A stretch of DNA of 64,000 bases, from assembly GCA_046563655.1 (NCBI GenBank), contig CM102287.1, forward strand, positions 8,370,001 through 8,434,000. The letters run 5' to 3'. Below are positions 51,600 through 64,000 of the stretch, piece by piece. Made by a program: the position numbers and the translations under genes. Positions within the stretch are counted from its first letter, which is position 1. The number at the start of each line of letters is the position of its first letter. The notes below the pieces were generated by a model that did not search any database, was not told the origin of the DNA, and saw nothing but the letters and a program-made list of their open reading frames with translations. Source of the stretch: Yuukianura sp. NJ FZ-2021. Its lineage: Eukaryota.

Positions 51600-54500
51600 T
51601 TAGTCAGGATACAAATCTACAATAAAATCTAAAATAGTTTTGGCACAGTTGTCCGAAATCATAAGAAATTCAACAAAAGATTTTCGGAGGGGCGACATCG
51701 GCTCGGAATTCCGTTCCAGGGATCGCTTCAGAGCATCATTCATACAAAACGCACGTTCCTGAAATAAGAAAGAAAAATTAGGAACTGAAAACTAAAATTT
51801 TGAACAGAACTACGAAACTTGAGCAGTACCTTATCCATCCACTGCGTGACCTGCCGCTCTGATCGATAGCGTAAAATCTTATCCAAGTCTCCACTTCTAG
51901 GTCCAAACAGTTTGAGTTGAAGAAAGAGTCTCAACTGAGCTTCTACTTCTTCCGTTGTGCTTCCTTCAAGTCTTCGTTGAAGAATATCCTTGTCGTTGTC
52001 CACGAGGAGCGGCGAATTGATCTGGAACAGTAGTTCGTAGATCTGGCTTTCAAATACTTCTCGAGCCGGATGACAAGCCAGGAGGTTATTGGAACCCGTT
52101 TTGATCCGCGTGCTCACAACGTAGACCAGTCCAAAGTTAGGAGATGGACTGGACTTTGACCGATTCGGTGACAATGACGACGGCTCTTCCACGGTTTCAG
52201 ATGAAGTTGGAATTTTATGAAACACAACCAAGTTGGACATTTCCTCTTTGCCCCAAAAATCCATTGCTTGGAGTAGGGCGTAAAACTTGCGAGAAGGAGA
52301 AATGGATCCGTTGTTCACATATTCCGAAAGCTTTTGAACCGTACAAGCAGCCAGGACAGAAATGTACACTGCAAAAATCAAAGTCCACATCAGTTTACAA
52401 TTACTTTTGGGCAATCGAATAACCAGAAATAGTTTTCGTTTTTACCCCTGACACCGTTTCCAGTGTTCACAAAATCCGAGTGTTCCCATGGGACGAACTG
52501 AGGCTGAACAACATCTTCGAAAGAGGCTGACATCTCAATACAGTCGAATTCCAGCGGAGCTATGCCACAACCCAAACTTTCTTGCAAAAGGAGGACACAA
52601 GGTTCATCTTCCCAAAATGCCGGGAAGAAGGCGTAGCCCTGTCCGTAAGCTAGTGTCTCCACGTCCGTAACGTAAAATTGCGACCATCTAAGAGGACTCT
52701 TGTTCATTTTCAAAAGTTGATTTGAAGCTCGTTTGATTTTGGCCTGAAAAGAACCACAACAAGAATTCAAAACATATTTTACAACTCTTGAATGTGTTCA
52801 AATCACAATTTTTTGAAAACTTACCGGCGCTTGGCTAGCAATTAGTTTAAGTGTTTCAAAGTTAAGGCTCGTGATGTGATTGTAAGTTGTTTCAAGGTAG
52901 TTGGCCGTGTATGCACCGCTGCCTCCATCGTTTTCTCTACAAATACTGGCCTTCCTTCTTGGCTTGTTCGGTGGACTATATAAGTCATTGGCCATTGGCT
53001 CGTCCAGCGTTTGTGCATCTTCCAGCCCCGCAAAGACCGAAACGAAGCTTGGTGCCACTTGATTCACTTTTGGTGGTGGTGGTCGAGCCGGTTTCATGCT
53101 CACCGTCGCCGATTTAGTGAGCGTATCCAGAGAATGGACTCTTGGAGGTGGTGGTGGTGGGCGTGTCATTGTGTTAGCAGCATTATTAGCGTAGAAAGTA
53201 GAGTTCGCTTCAGTTCTGGGCGGAGATTCAGTCACCCTTGGTGGGGAACTTCGCGGTGACTCGTTTGTGTCAGCGTCAACTTCAGCGCCAGGCACCATTT
53301 TTCCTGGTCCAAATCCAAGAAACTTCTTGAGTGAAGTTGAAAACTTGCTCTTCTTCTTCTCTGCGGAATCGTCTTTGGATTCTTTCAGATCAAACTTCGA
53401 CAACTTATTGAGCACTGGTGTAAGGCCACGAAGTTTGAGAGTTGTTGGGGTTAGGGTAGCATAGAGCTCCTGTGTTCTCGTCATGCTAACTTCATCAGTT
53501 GACATTGATCTCTTGTAAGGTGAAAATGTATTGTCATTAGCAGATTTCATGGAAGATGATTTTATGGTCGGTGAAAGATCAAGTCCACCTTGACTTGTAT
53601 TTGTTGATCTAAAAGCAGCACCCGCCTTTTTCCCGATTGTACTAAAAAATTGATTGACTCTTCGCTTTGGTTTTGGACTTTCTGAACCCGATCTGTCTTT
53701 CTTTCCAGCGCTAGTTTTAGTTGGAGATGGAAGTTCTGGTGGAGGGGACGCTTGTTTCAAAAATGATTCAGAATCAATTCTTCGAATTCCCAAAAATTCA
53801 ATTCCTGGATACTGTTTGAGTGGAACGCTTTCTCCTTCTGGAGCAAATCCTCCAGGTTCCGTAAAATCATAGCTTCCTTTTGTAACTTTGCCTTCCTTCA
53901 CCGTAGCACAGTCATCATAGAGACTTTCTTCGACATCATCGGTTGCATCTTCATGTTGAAGTGGAGTATTTCCACTTAAGTGGACATCGTCGTACAAATC
54001 CTCCGAATTGTAGGGATGTGGGGCTGGAACGATCTGGGATGCTGGAAATGACACAACCGGAGGCATTGGAGCAGCGCGTTTTAGGACAGTAGGAATTGAT
54101 GATGCATTGTTAAGTTTTGGTACTGGTGGGGCTAAGGCTGCTTGCTCTTCCTCTTCTGAAACTTTCTGTGGAATTGATTCATTTGAACCACTGGAGTCTA
54201 TTGGTGACGTGGATGACATTTCAGAACTGATGACCGAGTCAGGACTTAATTTTGCAGGTTTCATAGACATCAGCGCATCGTTGACCTCATCCGAATGGGG
54301 ATCAATTGATACAAACAGTCCTGGCCGCGGTATTAACTTCTTTTCTAGAAAATCGTTTTCATTTCCTGAATCTGAATTTGACCCAGACTTTTCTGTGTCT
54401 GATTCTGATGTTTCAGAAGTTCGTGTTTGACCACTGGGATTTGTGTCCAAACCTGAATCAGCTTCTAAGCTATCATCTTCGTATGTTTGTTCTTTGGAAT

Positions 54501-57500
54501 GATAATGAATTGATTGTTCCAATTTCAGTTCCGATTTGATTACTCTTGGTGGTTCAAGAGAGTCATGAGGAAGAGAGACAAAGGCTAAGCGGTCATTGTC
54601 GACACAATTCTCGGAAGCTTGCGATTCCGTACCAGGCAGTACTGCTGCTGATTTTAGTGTTGAACTTTCAGCGTTGCTGCTTATGATTTCTCTCAGGAAA
54701 GACGAACGCTTCGTTTCCAAGGTTTTTCCAGACTCCTTCACGCCTTCTTTTTCTACAATATCAGTCTGCAGCACTTCACTGGTGACAACACTCGTTACGC
54801 TGACTTCTGTGTGACCTTCGTTAGATATGCGTTGTGTTAGCTGAGTGTGGACATGCTCCTGTGTTTGATTGTCTTTTCCTTGTGTTTGTTTTTCAACAAC
54901 TGAAGTGGAAATGGGTTTTAGCTGCGAAAGCAAACCCTCTAAAGTGTCATTTCCTCTTCCTTTGGGGACGGAAATTCGGTTATCATTTCTAATCCCGTGG
55001 TTCTGCGTCATTCCATTTCGTCGCAAGTCCATCGCTGACGCAGCGCTGTTGGTAGTCTTTGGTTTCTCAGTCTCTCGGTTGGCAGAAGCAGGCAAAGATG
55101 ATTGTTGTTGCTGTTTGACCTTTCCTAAACTTGTGACCATCTTGCTAATGGAACTCTTCCCATTCTTCGTCACAGTTGTGGGGACGCTGGATTCATCGCT
55201 TCCGCCTACTTTACGCAAAACTCGGAGTGGCTCCTTTCTTGAATCAAATGTTCCAATAGAAACCAATGGCTTTGACTTTCCTCCAGTTCCTCCAACGATT
55301 GGTCCAATTTCAATGGGTGCAAATCCCATGAGATTCGTTTTTACTGAATTGAAATTCGTATTCTTCACAGTCACTCGAATCAGTTCTTTCTCCAACGGGG
55401 AAGATGCACTTTTCTCCAGAATTTCCGGAATTGACGAGTTGTCCAGCGGATCGTACGGAACTTCTTCATCACTCTCTTCATCTGAAATGTTGTTGCATTC
55501 ACCTCCATAACCAATCACCGCACAGACCTGTAAACATAAAAAAAATCACAATTACTATTATAATCATCATATCAGATTAAAGTTTCACACGCTTTCAGAA
55601 CAACATTGCTAAATACAAAAGTGATTTTGCCCTAGGAAGTTCAAGGAAAAACAAACCCACAAAATTCCCACAAGGTATAATTGAATTATACTTTCTTAAT
55701 TATAGGATTTCCTTGTATACATTACGTCCAAAAGTCTATGAACTTGTAAAAAAGTAGAGGTCAACAGTCTGTCTAAATCCTTTAAAATTGCTAAAAAGAG
55801 GGTTGACCCACCCCTAAGGGGTGGGAGTTTACAACATAGTATTATTTTTGTAGTTCGCCTACTTAACATTCGTATGCACATAATTTCCTAACAGCTCCAT
55901 ATTTTGCTACGAGGAACATTAGTCAGTGCTAATCCTTCGGAGAAAAATGTTATTTGATCCACCCACATCCAACGCCATAATAGATTGCCTCTTCCGCGGG
56001 TCCTACAGGGAAATTGCTAAGAATTAATTGGAAATCGAAATTAATTCCTCTCCATTAACAAACATAAACCCTCATCCTATAAATCTCCATTAACGAATTG
56101 CCTCGAAAGAGGATCTGTACTCCCTAAAATCTGTTTGTTTTTCTTTTGGCATGAATATGCATGTAAATTCTACCATGAAAGTGTCAAGTTCTCATATGTG
56201 TCTGCTTTTAGCCAGATCTCAAATCTCAATTCACACATTACATTGAACTTTAGAATTCAGACAGGAAAGATCCTCTAAAACATGAAATATGAAACATGAG
56301 GATTCCATTTCGCAATTTTCATCTCACAGAATTTTAAACACATAATTGATTGAAATTCTATCCCGTAGGGCAAAAAAAAACTACGCGCATAAGTAATTGA
56401 AACTGAAAGATCATGGACCAATGTCATTTCTCAAATCTTGAAGTTAGGGCACGTCACGCCAAGACAGGACTTGCGAAATCTAAAGTTGGCGTTAATGCTT
56501 ATAACGAAAGATAAAATTATCATGCAATTACGTACATCTTCCAAGTTGCATGTAAAGGTTAAATTTAAAAACAAAAAAGTACTTACGATTAGCCAATCAC
56601 AAGATTTATAAAATGCTAAATGCTTGTTCGCGTTTTTAGTTAACATAAATTAAACACGCATCTCCTATTATAAACAAAAAAATAGTTAAATCTTTCTATT
56701 TTCTAAAAAAAAGTTTCTATTCACCAGTCAGTGCAATATCGACAAAAATTGAAAATGGAAATTTTTTGGTGAAAAAATTATTTTGACATACCGTAAATTT
56801 AACAACTAACTTTTATCGAAAATTCTTGGCCGCTTTTCAAAAAAAAATTAATTTTGGCCAAGTCGAATTCAATCTTGTCCCATGTCTCTCTCGCCATTCG
56901 CCAAAAAAAAATCCAAACAAAATTTTCTTTGTTCCTAAATCGTTGTCGTTTTTTGTCCAGAAAATTTGACAGCATCATGATCATGGAGTACTTTTTTGCC
57001 TTGTCAACATGCAACTCAAAGCCCTTGGTCATGAAAATTCTAGGCTTCAAAATTTCTTAAACAAAGTACCTAACATTTCGGTTCCAAAAATCTGAGGAAA
57101 CAAACAATCAGATCAAATTTCACATCTCATTTTGTAAAACCGCAGCGCAAGAAGATAAAAGACAAGACGCTGTGACTTTCCCTAGAGAGTACAAGATTAT
57201 AACGGGTAAGGGATCCAGGGAACTCACAAGAGGGGGAGACATGGCTCATAAAAATTGCTTTGGTTTTTTCAAAACCACAGACCAAGGTCAAAGGTTAAAT
57301 TCCTCTGTCAGTCTCCCCCTGCACAAATCCATGTGCTCTTTCCATTCAAACTTAATTTGTAACAAAATCTCCCCACTTTCCAAGGGAATCTCATCTTCCA
57401 AGAATTTATCTTTTCCTTTGTCTATTGACATTATTGACATTGAAACATGAGTGACGCAAACTGGAAGGCCAAAAAGTAGTAGATTCATGACAAAACAAAA

Positions 57501-59521
57501 GACGCCCTTCCAGTATGTTACTCATCAACCAGAAACAGTTTGAAAGACATAGACAATTGCAGAAAAGCAATCTGGTTCTGGTACTGGCACGTCTAAAAGG
57601 TGCCAGACTGATGCTTCATTGCTCCAAACTTCACCAGCGCCAAAAATTGGTGCAAAATTGCATGACTCATTTCAAATTGAAAGAACGCTACTGGCACAAA
57701 TTGCACATTCACACTTTATGTAAGTACTACTTCGATTTGTTAGTAACTAGGAAAGTGATGAGCAATTCTTTACAATTGGAAATGAGGCCATGGATATTAA
57801 ACTTCCTTTTGTCACTTGTTGTTCCTAAGTTTCTGGTTTGTCGACTTAGTTATGTTGAAAACATGTCAATTTTTCATGTCAATCAAGTACGTGTCAATAA
57901 ACTCCGATTTGTGATTATTAAATTGGTTTCCGGTTCTGTGGACACTTACACTGGTTCTGAGCCAAGATTAGATAAAAGTAGCAACATCTCAAGAGACTCA
58001 AAACCTCAAAACGAGTAATAAATAAGCATGGTGACCTCACAAAAGGTTCTTATGAGGTCAGCACGCTAAAGTGTAAAGGGAGGATTGCAGCCCAGTTTTG
58101 AATTTTCATAAATTAGGTTCACTATTAAACAAAAAAACTGGATTAGCATGTTGGACGAACGCAACTGGGTCACCGTCACCAAGTTCTAATCAATTGTTTG
58201 AAAAAACACAAACAAGTTGCAATTGAAAGGATTGAGACGTTGGTAAGTGTCATTAATAATTGTAAGTAGGTTGTCATTAGCACTCGTACCTCTTGTGGAA
58301 ATGAAACTGACATCTTTCGTTTCTGTCCGTCCCGTTTTAGAATTCCTTTGCTACTGGATTTCGACAGCGTCGGTGGGCACTCGATGCTGTTTCCATAGTT
58401 TCCATTGCGCAGTCCCATTCTAATTGTAGTCACTTCGCCGTCTGGTCTGTCCATGGCTCTCGGCCTGTCTTCAGAAGTCAATTGCAGTGGACCAGACGAG
58501 GTCACTTGGACAGTCTTGACCCTCGGTGGGCCATGGACATCATGGATTGATTGTGTCGTATGGCTATTTTGCTGGAGATGATTTCTGGACTGAGTCAGAA
58601 CGGGTACTGAGGAGTTCTTCATGTTATTGCTACCACTCTGATGGTTATAGCTTGGTTGGTGTTGATGAGTGGGTGGCTGAGAATGAGCTGTACGTCTCTG
58701 CTGGTGGTAGTGATGACTCGTCGGTCCATTATTGCTAATGGAATTACCGTAATTATTCACAGTGTTGTTGCTATTATTGTTGGCTGAGGTGTAAGGACCC
58801 ACACCGTTGTTGGAACGAACTGTCGCTGTTGTTCCCACAGTGTTGAGACTGCTGTAGCTTGTGCTTCGTCCCACAGACACGGAGACGCCGCCGCCCGGAA
58901 GATTATTCGTGTGAACTCGATTCCCACCGGTGCTTGGTATACTAGTTCTCACGGCTGGTTGTGGTGGAGCAGGATGTTGCTGAACATACTTCTTGATGTT
59001 GCAGTTGCTATTGCTGGTGCCATTGACAGTGACATTGATTCCTCCTGAAGTGGCAGTTGAGGTACTGGATCTTGGTGACGACAGTGGGACACGGTCGCTG
59101 TATAATGCATTGATTCTTGATCCAATAGCTGCCGGTCCGCCGCCATGTCCGTATCGGCTTCCCACGCCGGATCCAAGTGATCTTGATGGATTACTGCTAC
59201 TTCCAACAGTATTTAGGCTACTTCCACACTGCCGACACTAGGTGACTGATATCTGGAATTCGCTGAGAGGTTTTTGGTCTGAGTAGGTGCCGGTGGCAGG
59301 CCATAGTTGGAGGCAGAAGCAGGAGTACTGGAAGGTGACGAACTTTTGACCTGTACGGACACCGACGGTGTCGAAGGTGACGACTGATGCGTCCAGGACG
59401 GTTGTTGATAGAATCCGGAAGTCATGGTGTCACCATGTTCTTCTCTAGTACGGAAACAGTTTGAGCACAAATCCTTACGCCAAGCGTTCTCGACAAAGCC
59501 TCCACGACAGATTGACGACAT
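51600..59521 (-). CDS. PEAK1: PEAK1/Pragmin (SgK269/SgK223, NKF3)-like pseudokinase scaffold; apparent 1-nt frameshift near 59225
   Basis: N-terminal MSSICRGGFVENAWRKDLCSNCFRTREEH matches the PEAK C..F.E..W....C.NCF...H motif. Exons 59521-58290, 55527-52825, 52743-52446, 52368-51830 and 51758-51600 join in phase. Long disordered region with YDDV/YDDC/YSPP and PPPPPPR/PARPPPPK. Degenerate kinase-like C-terminus with LQLKLFGPR...QWMDKERAF, resembling PEAK LLWGPR...WLD.KR. Confidence 0.8.
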
Positions 59522-62500
59522 TTCAGAACGGAGTCTTCATCTTACTCCTTTTGTTTTTGCCAAAAGTTGTGAAAGTAGACGTAGTAGTTGAGAAGGAGAC
59601 GCAGAGAACCGTGGGACCAGTTGAACTAGAGATGCTGCAGCGGAGATATAATGTAATGGTCACCGTTCAGAAACGTTTGTAATGATAGTCAGCCCCAAAT
59701 AAAAGGATTGTAGTAACTGTTTCGTTAGGCTATATTGATTTCCACGGTCGACGAATCACAGTTACTTAATTCTGACACTTCTTCCCCAGAACGGAACTTT
59801 CAGTGATCTTCAACGCTGATTACATTCTGTCCTCTTTAAAACTGTCTTCAAATGAACAAGTGCTGTAGACCGATGCAGGAAGTGGCGAAATCTTCTGCAA
59901 ATCTTCGTTTTTTCAAACTTTTCTGCAAAAAGAAAAAAAAAGTCAAAAAACCGTGCAAAATTCAAGTTCAAATGATTACGTAAGAATAATCTACCACTAT
60001 TCGTCACAGAATTAACTTCAAATTCCTAAAATCAAAATGAGTTAACCTCAAAAGTTCAATTTAACTTTTAAAATTCAATTTAATTTCATTCAGCAAAATC
60101 TCTGAAAAAGAAACTTTCTGAGAATCCATTTACGTCAACAATGCTTTCCAAAAACAAAATGGAAAAACCAACTCACACTCAAAAGTTGATTCGGAATTCA
60201 TTAGAAGATCATAAGATCAAGATACAGAAACTCCCAAAAACAAAACAAAAACACTTTCACCGACAAGCTTTTTCTTTTTGACACTAGCGTCAATTCGAAC
60301 ACCAGACGAAAGACGATGAATTAGAAACAAAGTACTGAAGCGGAATGATGTGATGATGAATAACTTCGAACACCCTCCCCAACTTTCTAACTTAGCCAAA
60401 AAAGTTCACTGCTTAACTCGAGGGGCAACTTTTGCCAAAAAGAATGCAAATTTAACAAACCAAGAAAAAAGAAGAATTTAACAGGTTTACTATAAGGTGC
60501 CTTGAGCAGGGAGGAAGGGAACAAAACCTCTATAATTTCCACAGCCACAGCTTCTCTAATTTCCACTTTGTTGCACACTTTTCACACATTAGACACCATA
60601 CACTTCTGAGAACTTCTTTTTTGCAAAATCAAACGCCTGAGGCAGCTCCAATTTGATCTTCAAAATTTCTAAAACTTACTCAAAGCTACTCAAAGCGCAA
60701 ATCTAATTCTACAATTCGTCATATTCATAATAATCATTTTTCTCCACTTTTCTGTCACCTCGTAATAGTTCTTTTCACAAAAGTCCCCATTTTTCAAATT
60801 ATCCCAATCTTATACGCTGAATTTGCGATTTGCAATTTCAAAAAAAAACTTCACCTTGAGAATTTTCGAGGCGAGGCGAAGGTGCCGGATGACTCTCTTC
60901 CGCTCGAAGCAAAATGCGTGAAAAATGATTTGCACAAAATGTTTGTTTAGCAATTATTCGCATCTTGTGACATCTAAAATGAACGAAGCTTGGGTGCGGT
61001 AGTGGGCATGCTCAAAGCAGTGTCAAAAAAGACTAACGTTCCCCCAATCCCCCAATTTTGCAAATCATTAATAACAATATTAATTTTCTTCATGACTAAA
61101 TTTAGGCCTCTTCGTCCTCAAATCCCCCGCGGAGGAGCATTGGGCCATTTTTAAGCATCCTCGGCAATCAACAGCAGTATTTTTGCTCGTGCAAATTTTC
61201 TGTGCTCGAAAACTGACTAGAGTTTATGAGTCACAAGTTTCAAAAGAAGCAACAGAAGCTATGACGCTGCGTAGAAATCGTGCAATTAATTAATCACGAC
61301 CGGCACAAAATTAGTGTTGATGGTTGATGGAATGAGCCTAATTTTTGAGTTTAAAGCAGGTTTCAGAACCATGTGCCAAAATTACCATTTTCTACATCAA
61401 CAGAAGCTCAGTTTTTTCAATTTGCAATTTGGAAATTGCAATTTCCAATTTTCAAGTTCCTCCCTTCCTCTCTAAGTTGTCACTTTTGAGAACAAATTGG
61501 GCAATAATCGTTAAAACCATAGAACTAATTAGTGAAATATCTAACTATTGTAAATTTAACAAATCGTCGGAAATTACCTAAAACGCTAATTTCGTTGCAA
61601 CAAAAAATGGAAAAACAAAAACAAAAATCGTTTTTCTTGGCAAATTAGTAAGGCGGGGTTCGGCATTTCGGAACATTAATTTTACCTTCTCCAATTTTGA
61701 AACAAACGTTGCAAAAATTTCTCTTCCTGTGATGAGTCAACCAAAAATCGGTTTCATTTTCTATTTTTCTCTTGCAATGTAGGTTTTAGACTTTACAAAA
61801 TTAGAAACGCTAAAAATCACACTTGCATTGCAAATTAGGTGAGTTTACACCAAGGAGAGCTTAAATTTCTTTGACAGTGACAGGCGGAGAGGCAAGAGGA
61901 AGAAAACATTGACCCAGAAAATATTGCATGAGTGAACTCTAATTTAGTAACAATCAGGACATGCGTGGTGAGAACAATCAGTACGAGACAAGCAGAATAA
62001 CTTCCTTTCAAAAGTTGCAGAAAAAGAAGTTTGAAAAAAGTAAGATTTTTTTTGTCTAAAAGCTTTTTTCATTAAGTAAATTGATACCGAAGCCTTACTT
62101 AAGTTTCATACAAAAATAGAACTCGTAACACCATCAACTGTAAGTTTTAGACACTTTGTGTGCGGAAATTGAACCAAATTACACCAACAATTTGCTAATA
62201 ACAGGAAAGTCATTCAATTTTACATCAACTCGGTACAAAAAAGAAGCGTAATTACTGAAACCAAAATCTCAAGATTCAACAAAAAGTGTGCAATTACATT
62301 CTCACACCACATTTTTTTATATTTGAAAATGAGAAAAACCGGAAACAATTCTCGGTCATTTTTTCTTGTGCTCTCAACAAATACGCAAAAATGCAAATAA
62401 AAAATCCACTCCAGCTCGTTTTGCCAGTTTCAATTTTCAAAAAGTAAACTGCACCCCCACACGTTCTCAATTTTAAGGGCTCTCCTCACCCCTTTGCATT

Positions 62501-64000
62501 AAATCTCCCTCCTGTCAGTTGGAAAAAAAACTAGAAAAGATGTGAATTTCTTTTTTACCTAAGAAAAAACAAGGTAAGCAGTCAGTGACTGACTACTCTG
62601 TCACTGTCTAAATCCAATGCAAAATCAGCAGAATCCTGTAAAATCCACAAGTGACTGACCGAACCGGTCTCATTACCCCGTTGACATTGGAGGTAACTAA
62701 CTTGACACGGGACATCCCATTACTATTCGATTGTAGCAAAGTAGCACTCCCAGGAACTAAAGAAATTTAGAATAGGAGAGGCACACAATTTAGTCAAGTC
62801 AAGAGCCAAGGAGCCACTGGCACACCCACTTCCGCCGTGAATTCCCACACCAATCACCACACACATCCTTACTCTAACTTTGTTCTAAAAAAGCAAAACT
62901 CTCAACCTTTTTGTCTGCAATTAAAATTAACCTTAAGTAAATTGACTTTAGAAATCATCATTTAATCATCTAATTTTAATTAACAAAAAGCTAAATCATC
63001 CTGCAAAAATTCGAGGATGAATTTTTTTTGTAAAGAAAATTGTCTATTTTTTTATTTTTGTGTAAAAATTTTCTTTCGAAAAACTGGAAAAAGTTATTTC
63101 CCTGGATCCAAAAACTTTCGGGTCTGACAATTTCAAAAACGAAAAAATTCGCTCAAACAACGTTTTCTGGTGCGAAAATAAGTTTTGAGTAGGTTTGGAA
63201 GAAAAGTGAAAAAACAAATTCTCGATGGGAAGGGTCCCCCTTCCCTTCATTTTCAAAAAGCTGAAAAACGAAACGAAAAAACGAAAGCAGAAATTCTTGA
63301 AAAAGTGAAAAATTCCTGAGCTTCGGTTTTTAAATTTCACATGAACGCCCCAATGAAACCCAGCAAAATGTGATCGCACCATTCGTGGCAACATTTTGGT
63401 TTAAGGCCGAGGTGCCAGGAGCTTTTTGGGAAAAATATTTCGAGAGTTGAATTTGAAATGTCAGAAAAAGTGAAAAATTCAAGCATTTCAATTTCAAGTG
63501 CTTCTATTCTTGTATTTCAAATTATGTTTCGCATTAGAGTTAGGAAATGAGGAATAAGTTTGGGTGCGGTCTAAGGATAAACGCGTTTTCTTTAAGACAA
63601 ACAGGAAGTCCTTGTCTTAAGTTAAGTGATCAACCAACACCTAGCCTCATAATTAACTCATCAATTGTTAGTTAATTAAACAGATCAGTTCCAAACTGGA
63701 TTCTGCGCAGAAGCTGGTTTGGGCATTATTCAATTACACTGCTCACAAAGCTCAGCTCCTCCTCCCTTCACTTCTGCAACAATTAAAAGAACAATGGCTC
63801 TCTTTTGAGTTCAAGTACGGACAACTGCTTTTACTTTGCTCCACAATTAAAACCAAACCTACACTTTTAATGTCAACTAAAATGGAACATGAGGAGTCAT
63901 CAACTGCAAAAACCAGTACAAGGACACGAACTGGAATTGGAATACATAAAACATCCCACACTTTTTAACACTTAAAATTTATAGTTGATTGATGACAATC

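Noticed and set aside
52390..52445. Apparent frame change between ORFs 52390-52770 and 51740-52414
   Set aside because: Explained by a normal phase-1 GT-AG intron (52445-52369).
52887..55510. Plus-strand ORFs such as 54869-55510 (213 aa)
   Set aside because: Antisense shadows of the 2.7-kb PEAK-like exon.
63060..63480. Weak inverted/direct similarity (tctgacaatttcaaa vs tttgaaatgtcaga; repeated aaaagtgaaaaattc)
   Set aside because: Matches are too short and AT-rich to define an element by eye.

Overview
AT-rich, intron-containing animal DNA, most likely from an arthropod (Fasciclin-1-like genes, degenerate TTAGG/AACCT runs). The ORF track mostly shows exon fragments and antisense shadows, so gene models were rebuilt by hand from splice sites and reading-frame phase. 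In order: the 5' part of a p24/TMED7-like gene (-); three tandem four-FAS1-domain, GPI-type Fasciclin-1-like genes (+; A 1.4-4.9 kb, B 6.1-10.3 kb, C 13.1-26.2 kb with a ~9 kb first intron); a tandem pair of small, divergent, possibly PH/Pru-like genes (+) that the ORF track misses; a GPR158/GPR179-like class C GPCR (-); an Ariadne RBR E3 ligase (+); a fourth Fasciclin-1-like gene (+; D); a ~1.3 kb imperfect foldback element; and a PEAK1/Pragmin-like pseudokinase scaffold (-) with an apparent 1-nt frameshift. Best leads: the small-gene duplication, which also copied the GPCR 3' end; a candidate 27-nt microexon at the Fas1 domain 2/3 junction; intron position turnover among the Fas1 paralogs; and eight perfect nuclear-receptor DR1 13-mers. 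Family assignments are from recalled motifs, not database searches.
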